Of a stretch of DNA of 64,000 nucleotides, positions 59,001 to 64,000 are shown piece after piece (the first letter of the stretch is position 1; the number at the start of each line of letters is the position of its first letter). The stretch comes from Bugula neritina (taxonomy: Eukaryota; Animalia; Bryozoa). The position numbers and the translations under genes are program-made. The stretch is taken from assembly GCA_964035545.1 (NCBI GenBank), contig OZ037768.1, forward strand, positions 1,768,741 to 1,832,740. The letters run 5' to 3'. The notes beneath the pieces were generated by a model. That model was not told the DNA's origin. It ran no database searches and was given only the letters and a program-made list of their open reading frames with translations.

Positions 59001-62000
59001 TTCAGTCAACCCACTGCTAAATATATTCTAACTTATCTAGATATAACAATGTAGGCTATTCTATGGTGTAGGTAGTGCCAGTTTTACATAAAGAATATCA
59101 CAAGGTTTTTTTTAATAGCCAACGTAATACAGAAGTTTTTAACCAAATGAGACTCAAAAGTCTGTGAAGGTCTTTTTTCTGCTGATACTTTGTTCCGAAG
59201 TCCAAGCCAACTGGTTCTGGCTATACAACAATCAGAGGCATATGCTGTCAGTCACTGTCTTGTAATGATGGTTATGATACACTCTTGCAGTGTGTGAGGA
59301 TGCAGAGGGGTACAGACCTTCCGATGTTGTCAACTTCATTAATGTCAACAGTTCCAACTATAACATTAGTACCATGTGGATAGACTCCATCTATGCAAAT
59401 ATCTCGGAGAACACGAGTCAAGTTGTTACATTTCTAGTAGGGGGGGACAACTGCACTCAGGGTGAGTTATTAGTTTATATTTGAAACTACTGCTACAGAA
59501 CTTACAAAAATACATTTACCATTCTGTTGAAATTATTTAGCTAGATATTATATGGTGCTGTATGTGTTCAACTTACTCTACATTTATGAATGCTAACTGT
59601 AGGCAGTAAAATACATTATGTGAAGTTACGGTTCTGTAAGTATATTTATATAAAGCTAATTAAATATAAAACAAAATATGTGTTAAGGCACTCGTCTAGC
59701 AGGCCACACAATGTACTAAGCAAGTGGAGGTAACTTCAGATTGTTGGTGAGAGTAGGCAAAGCATCTGGTTTTCATTTTTTCAATGAAGATCTCAAACTA
59801 TGGTGCCAGCTTGATCTCATGCTAATTGTATAGCCTGAGTTTCAACTGAGTTATTAGCTGTCAACAGCCATGGTTTATATGTTTATAGACCTTAGAGCTT
59901 GTGTAAATGTAATACTGCACTAATATTGAAATTCAACACATAATGTAGTTCTTTCACTATTTATTTGTTATTTCAACTTGAATTACATCAGCGCTTTAAT
60001 TTGCATATATTTTGTATACTTAAATTAACTAGAAAATAGTTCCAAAGTGTGTAATGGACCTTTACGGAAAAACAGACAGTTTTGTGTGAAGCTGCGAGCC
60101 TACAACCGGTACGGATGGAACGACACTCTCTGCTCCCAGGTCATACAACTCAGTATGTTGTCTTCTATGTATTCACGTATAACATCGTATTACTATATTC
60201 TATCTTCTATGTATTCACGTATAACATCGTATTACTATATTCTATCTTCTATGTATTCACGTATAACATCGTATTACTCTATTCTATCTTCTATGTATTC
60301 GCGTATAACATCTTATTACTATATTCTATCTTCTATGTATTCACGTATAACATCGTATTACTCTATTCTATCTTCTATGTATTCACGTATAACATCGTAT
60401 TACTATATTCTATCTTCTATGTATTCACGTATAACATCGTATTACTCTATTCTATCTTCTATGTATTCACGTATAACATCGTATTACTATATTCTATCTT
60501 CTATGTATTCACGTAAAACATCGTATTACTCTATTCTATCTTCTATGTATTCACGTATAACATCGTATTACTATATTCTATCTTCTATGTATTCACGTAT
60601 AACATCGTATTACTATATTCTATCTTCTATGTATTCACGTATAACATCGTATTACTATATTCTATCTTCTATGTATTCACGTATAACATCGTATTACTAT
60701 ATTCTATCTTCTATGTATTCACGTATAACATCGTATTACTATATTCTATCTTCTATGTATTCACGTAAAACATCGTATTACTATATTCTATCTTCTATGT
60801 ATTCACGTATAACATCGTATTACTATATTCTATCTTCTATGTATTCACGTAAAACATCGTATTACTCTATTCTATCTTCTATGTATTCACGTATAACATC
60901 GTATTACTATATTCTATCTTCTATGTATTCACGTATAACATCGTATTACTATATTCTATCTTCTATGTATTCACGTATAACATCGTATTACTATATTCTA
61001 TCTTCTATGTATTCACGTATAACATCGTATTACTATATTCTATCTTCTATGTATTCACGTAAAACATCGTATTACTATATTCTATCTTCTATGTATTCAC
61101 GTATAACATCGTATTACTATATTCTATCTTCTATGTATTCACGTAAAACATCGTATTACTCTATTCTATCTTCTATGTATTCACGTATAACATCGTATTA
61201 CTATATTCTATCTTCTATGTATTCACGTATAACATCGTATTACTATATTCTATCTTCTATGTATTCACATATAACATCGTATTACTATATTCTAACTTAG
61301 GTTAGTGTTTACACTACTTCTAGGTCATTGTATCTATCTTCAAGTTGTGTTAGTGTTATGATTTATGATACTAAAACCACCTGCTATTTTTTATCGACAG
61401 TCCAGTTAAGTTTTGTGTTTACTAAAACCAGAACATCTTTCTTCATTCTAAAGTTACTCCGTGTTAGAATCATACTGTCACCTACTCACACATCAGTTTG
61501 TTTTTAAATATAGTTATTAAACCGAGTCGAGTGGGGGTGTGCTGCTGCAGGTAAATATTTTAGCTTCGTCCTACTGGTGCAGGTAATTATTTCAGCTTTA
61601 TGATACTTCTGCAGGTAAAGTGTTGGAGTTTGATGAAGCGCTAATAATACCCACTGTTCTTGCTGGACTACCATTTCTGCTTTTCTGCGTAATTGGAGTT
61701 TTTCTCGTGAGTTAATGTATCAAACAAAACACGGCGTGTATTATAATTAAATGGAGAAACTAAATTTATATTTTCTAAGTTTTTAATTTTAACAAAATCA
61801 AATGCATTTTTTATAAAATATGTTGAAGTGGATCCCTTTACTCGGTGAATGTGAATCTATATGACACAAGTAATGGTTTGTACAATTACTTGCACTTGTG
61901 GCATATATGTTATAGCAAATTTATCATCATAGTTGAACATAAATATATGCCCGTGTTGTTGTTATTGTTTATAGAAGTTCAAGAAATCTGGTCTGGAATA

Positions 62001-63577
62001 TGATATGGATGAAGAGGAAGAGGAGGAGGAAGAAGGGGAGCTGGTTAAGGCTTGGGTAAAAGCTTTAGAACACAGTCTATGCTATACATAGAACACAGTC
62101 TATGCTATATAGAACACAGTCTATGTTATATAGAACACAGTCTATGCTATATAGAACACAGTCTATGCTATATAGAACACAGTCTATGTTATATAGAACA
62201 CAGTCTATGTTATATAGAACACAGTCTATGTTATGTAGAACACAGTCTATGTTATATAGAACACAGTCTATGTTATATAGAACACAGTCTGTGCTATATA
62301 GAACACAGTCTATGCTATATAGAACACAGTCTATGCTATATAGAACACAGTATATGCTATATAGACCACAGTCTATGTTATATAGAACACAGTCTATGCT
62401 ATATAGAACACAGTCTATGCTATATAGAACACAGTCTATGCTATATAGAACACAGTCTATGTTATATAGAACACAGTCTGTGCTATATAGAACACAGTCT
62501 ATGCTATATAAAACACAGTCTATGCTATATAGAACACAGTCTATGTTATACATAGAACACAGTCTATGCTATATAGAACACAGTCTATGCTATATAGAAC
62601 ACAGTCTATGTTATATAGAACACAGTCTATGTTATATAGAACACAGTCTATGTTATGTAGAACACAGTCTATGTTATATAGAACACAGTCTATGTTATAT
62701 AGAACACAGTCTGTGCTATATAGAACACAGTCTATGCTATATAGAACACAGTCTATGCTATATAGAACACAGTATATGCTATATAGACCACAGTCTATGT
62801 TATATAGAACACAGTCTATGCTATATAGAACACAGTCTATGCTATATAGAACACAGTCTATGTTATATAGAACACAGTCTATGCTATATAGAACACAGTC
62901 TGTGCTATATAGAACACAGTCTATGCTATATAGAACACAGTCTATGCTATATAGAACACAGTCTATGTTATACATAGAACACAGTCTATGCTATATAGAC
63001 CACAGTCTATGCTATATAGAACACAGTATATGTTGTCTTTGGTTATTTACCTCATACCTATCCTGGTGTGTAAGCAAATCAGTTGTAGCTAATGCAAATA
63101 TTAATTACTATATCTGAATAAATATCGGTGTGTAAATCTTGTACTTATCATTATTCCAATGCAGCCTGTTGAATCCAGTTCTCATATCTCTGGGTAATTT
63201 TGTTTTAGTCTTTGGACGTGTTACCAAGTTACGGGACTTTGGCTAGCAACAATGAGGCCGTTTCAAGAGGTAATTTACTACTGATGCTGTAAACCATTTA
63301 TAATTAATCTAGTTTACATACTTGTACCGGGAACTTTATGTGCTGAGGTTAATAATCCAGAATATCCAGCTAAGTTGATACATGTTCTTATGCTCAAACT
63401 GATTGTACATTGTTCAATTAGAAAGTTCTGGATAAGATTTGTCTTCTGTTATTAGACATAGGTCGCATGTCATCTGTGGCAAGGCAACGGAAGCATATGA
63501 TGGAGCGCGGCGGCGTTACAATGGGACGCTCAGCTACGATGGTTTCTACAGCTGGGCTCAAGCATCATGATTATTGA
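46024..63577 (+). CDS. Large type I membrane protein: signal peptide, CTLD, TSP1-like, 2x CCP, CTLD, TSP1, about 6x CCP, FN3-like region, Cys/NGPL juxtamembrane domain, TM helix, short cytoplasmic tail (about 28 exons)
   Basis: Signal exon 46024-46128 (MLGIALLLAIVGYSSSAS). CTLD exons 46384-46603 and 47027-47254 (YDAAVQFC, YWIGL, NFLCEK). TSP1-like exon 47731-47829. CCP exons 48249-48346, 48512-48736 and about 49391-49572. Second CTLD about 50200-51560. TSP1 DGGWSNWSQWTACS..RQRSRQC at about 51590-51725. CCP exons between about 52372 and 56377. FN3-like exons about 56842-58990. Juxtamembrane FLVGGDNC..CNGPL..VKLRAYN at 59291-60152. TM exon 61615-61706. Tail exons 61975-62055, 63209-63269 and 63456-63577. 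Some internal boundaries, notably 49572-50206, are uncertain. Confidence 0.8.
49950..50054. repeat. Compound tetranucleotide microsatellite (gtct)(gcct)(acct)(atct)
   Basis: Read directly from the sequence. Confidence 0.9.
50582..50830. repeat. 16-bp minisatellite
   Basis: (ctaccatatacaacca)n, about 15 copies. Confidence 0.9.
51889..52102. repeat. (acacat)n microsatellite
   Basis: Read directly; explains the HT and VC ORFs in the track. Confidence 0.95.
53836..53942. repeat. GC-rich nested palindrome in a receptor intron
   Basis: ccgaagctcgt/acgagcttcgg, aagt(t)cgga/tccgactt and accgatgtcgga/tccgacatcggt are nested inverted pairs. Confidence 0.75.
57025..57340. repeat. 33-bp minisatellite containing a CAG|GTAA junction
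   Basis: (gcag|gtaactataagtatatagagatatactac)n; GT at 57029 (frame-consistent donor), then at 57052 and every 33 nt to 57316. Confidence 0.95.
57503..57618. repeat. 8-bp repeat (tgtgacta)n
   Basis: Starts about 30 nt after the donor at about 57474. Confidence 0.9.
58020..58268. repeat. 17-bp minisatellite
   Basis: (agtgttgtagtgtgtgg)n, starting about 30 nt after the donor at about 57989. Confidence 0.9.
60161..61294. repeat. 42-bp minisatellite, about 27 near-identical copies
   Basis: (tcttctatgtattcacgtataacatcgtattactatattcta)n, starting 8 nt after the donor GT at 60153. Confidence 0.95.
62066..63032. repeat. 21-bp minisatellite with a 422-bp higher-order period
   Basis: (tagaacacagtctatgctata)n, about 46 copies, starting 10 nt after the donor GT at 62056. 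Confidence 0.95.
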
Positions 63578-64000
63578 TGTTGAAAGAATAGAATGAATTG
63601 TAAATAATATAATGTATATACAGTCAAGACAACAATGTTAAATTGTTACTAGCGTAATGTGATGGTTGTTTACTCGATTTAATTTTTACCATGTAACGAA
63701 CAAATAACATACCATCATATATATAATTTATTTCAGTAAATTATTTAAAAAAACATACAACTTTGTAATGTAACTGTTACTGAAATATTCATATCATGTA
63801 TTACTGTAATACTAGCATAATATTATAATATTGTATAATATTGTAACATATTTGAATTATATTATATTATACTACAAATACATGATAGCAGGAAAATGAG
63901 TATAGCATACGGGAAGTATAATAATAACTAGATGTGACTTTCATCTAAAAGGAGTTCCTCTATATACTTATGCTTTGTATGAGTATTTAGTAGCAAATAA

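Noticed and set aside
60047-61300. 417-aa ORF as a stand-alone gene
   Set aside because: Only the first 35 or so codons are a real exon; the rest is the 42-bp satellite after the donor at 60153.
62052-63117. Several YIEHSLC / MLYRTQS ORFs
   Set aside because: The 21-bp satellite is open in several frames on both strands and lies inside an intron.
61975-63577. Receptor tyrosine phosphatase call
   Set aside because: The cytoplasmic exons end at the stop at 63577 with no HCxAGxGR catalytic motif in the window.

Overview
AT-rich, intron-rich animal genomic DNA, probably an invertebrate bilaterian (the taxon cannot be fixed from sequence alone). By following GT-AG boundaries and reading frame by hand I can assemble six spliced genes: (1) a short ankyrin-repeat gene (+, 6813-10325); (2) Rx/Rax (+, 11723-16682) and (3) Homeobrain (-, 21913-24619), two paired-class Q50 homeobox genes lying tail-to-tail, part of the ancient Hbn-Rx-Otp cluster; (4) COPS8/CSN8 (-, 29871-35589), head-to-head with (5) selenoprotein O (+, 37381-44010), which has an in-frame UGA (VT-U-SS*) and a type II SECIS at about 44628-44687; (6) a roughly 1,450-1,500 aa type I membrane protein (+, 46024-63577) with C-type lectin, TSP1, sushi/CCP and FN3-like modules and no catalytic tail. 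The introns hold tRNA-headed SINEs, two fold-back elements and many minisatellites. The most unusual signal: in three unrelated genes the minisatellite unit contains the splice junction itself, giving tandem arrays of AG|GT(A/G)A sites (Rx 30-mer, SelO 20-mer, receptor 33-mer and 32-mer). Several other arrays start at or just after a 5' splice site. Most long ORFs in the supplied track are artefacts of these repeats.
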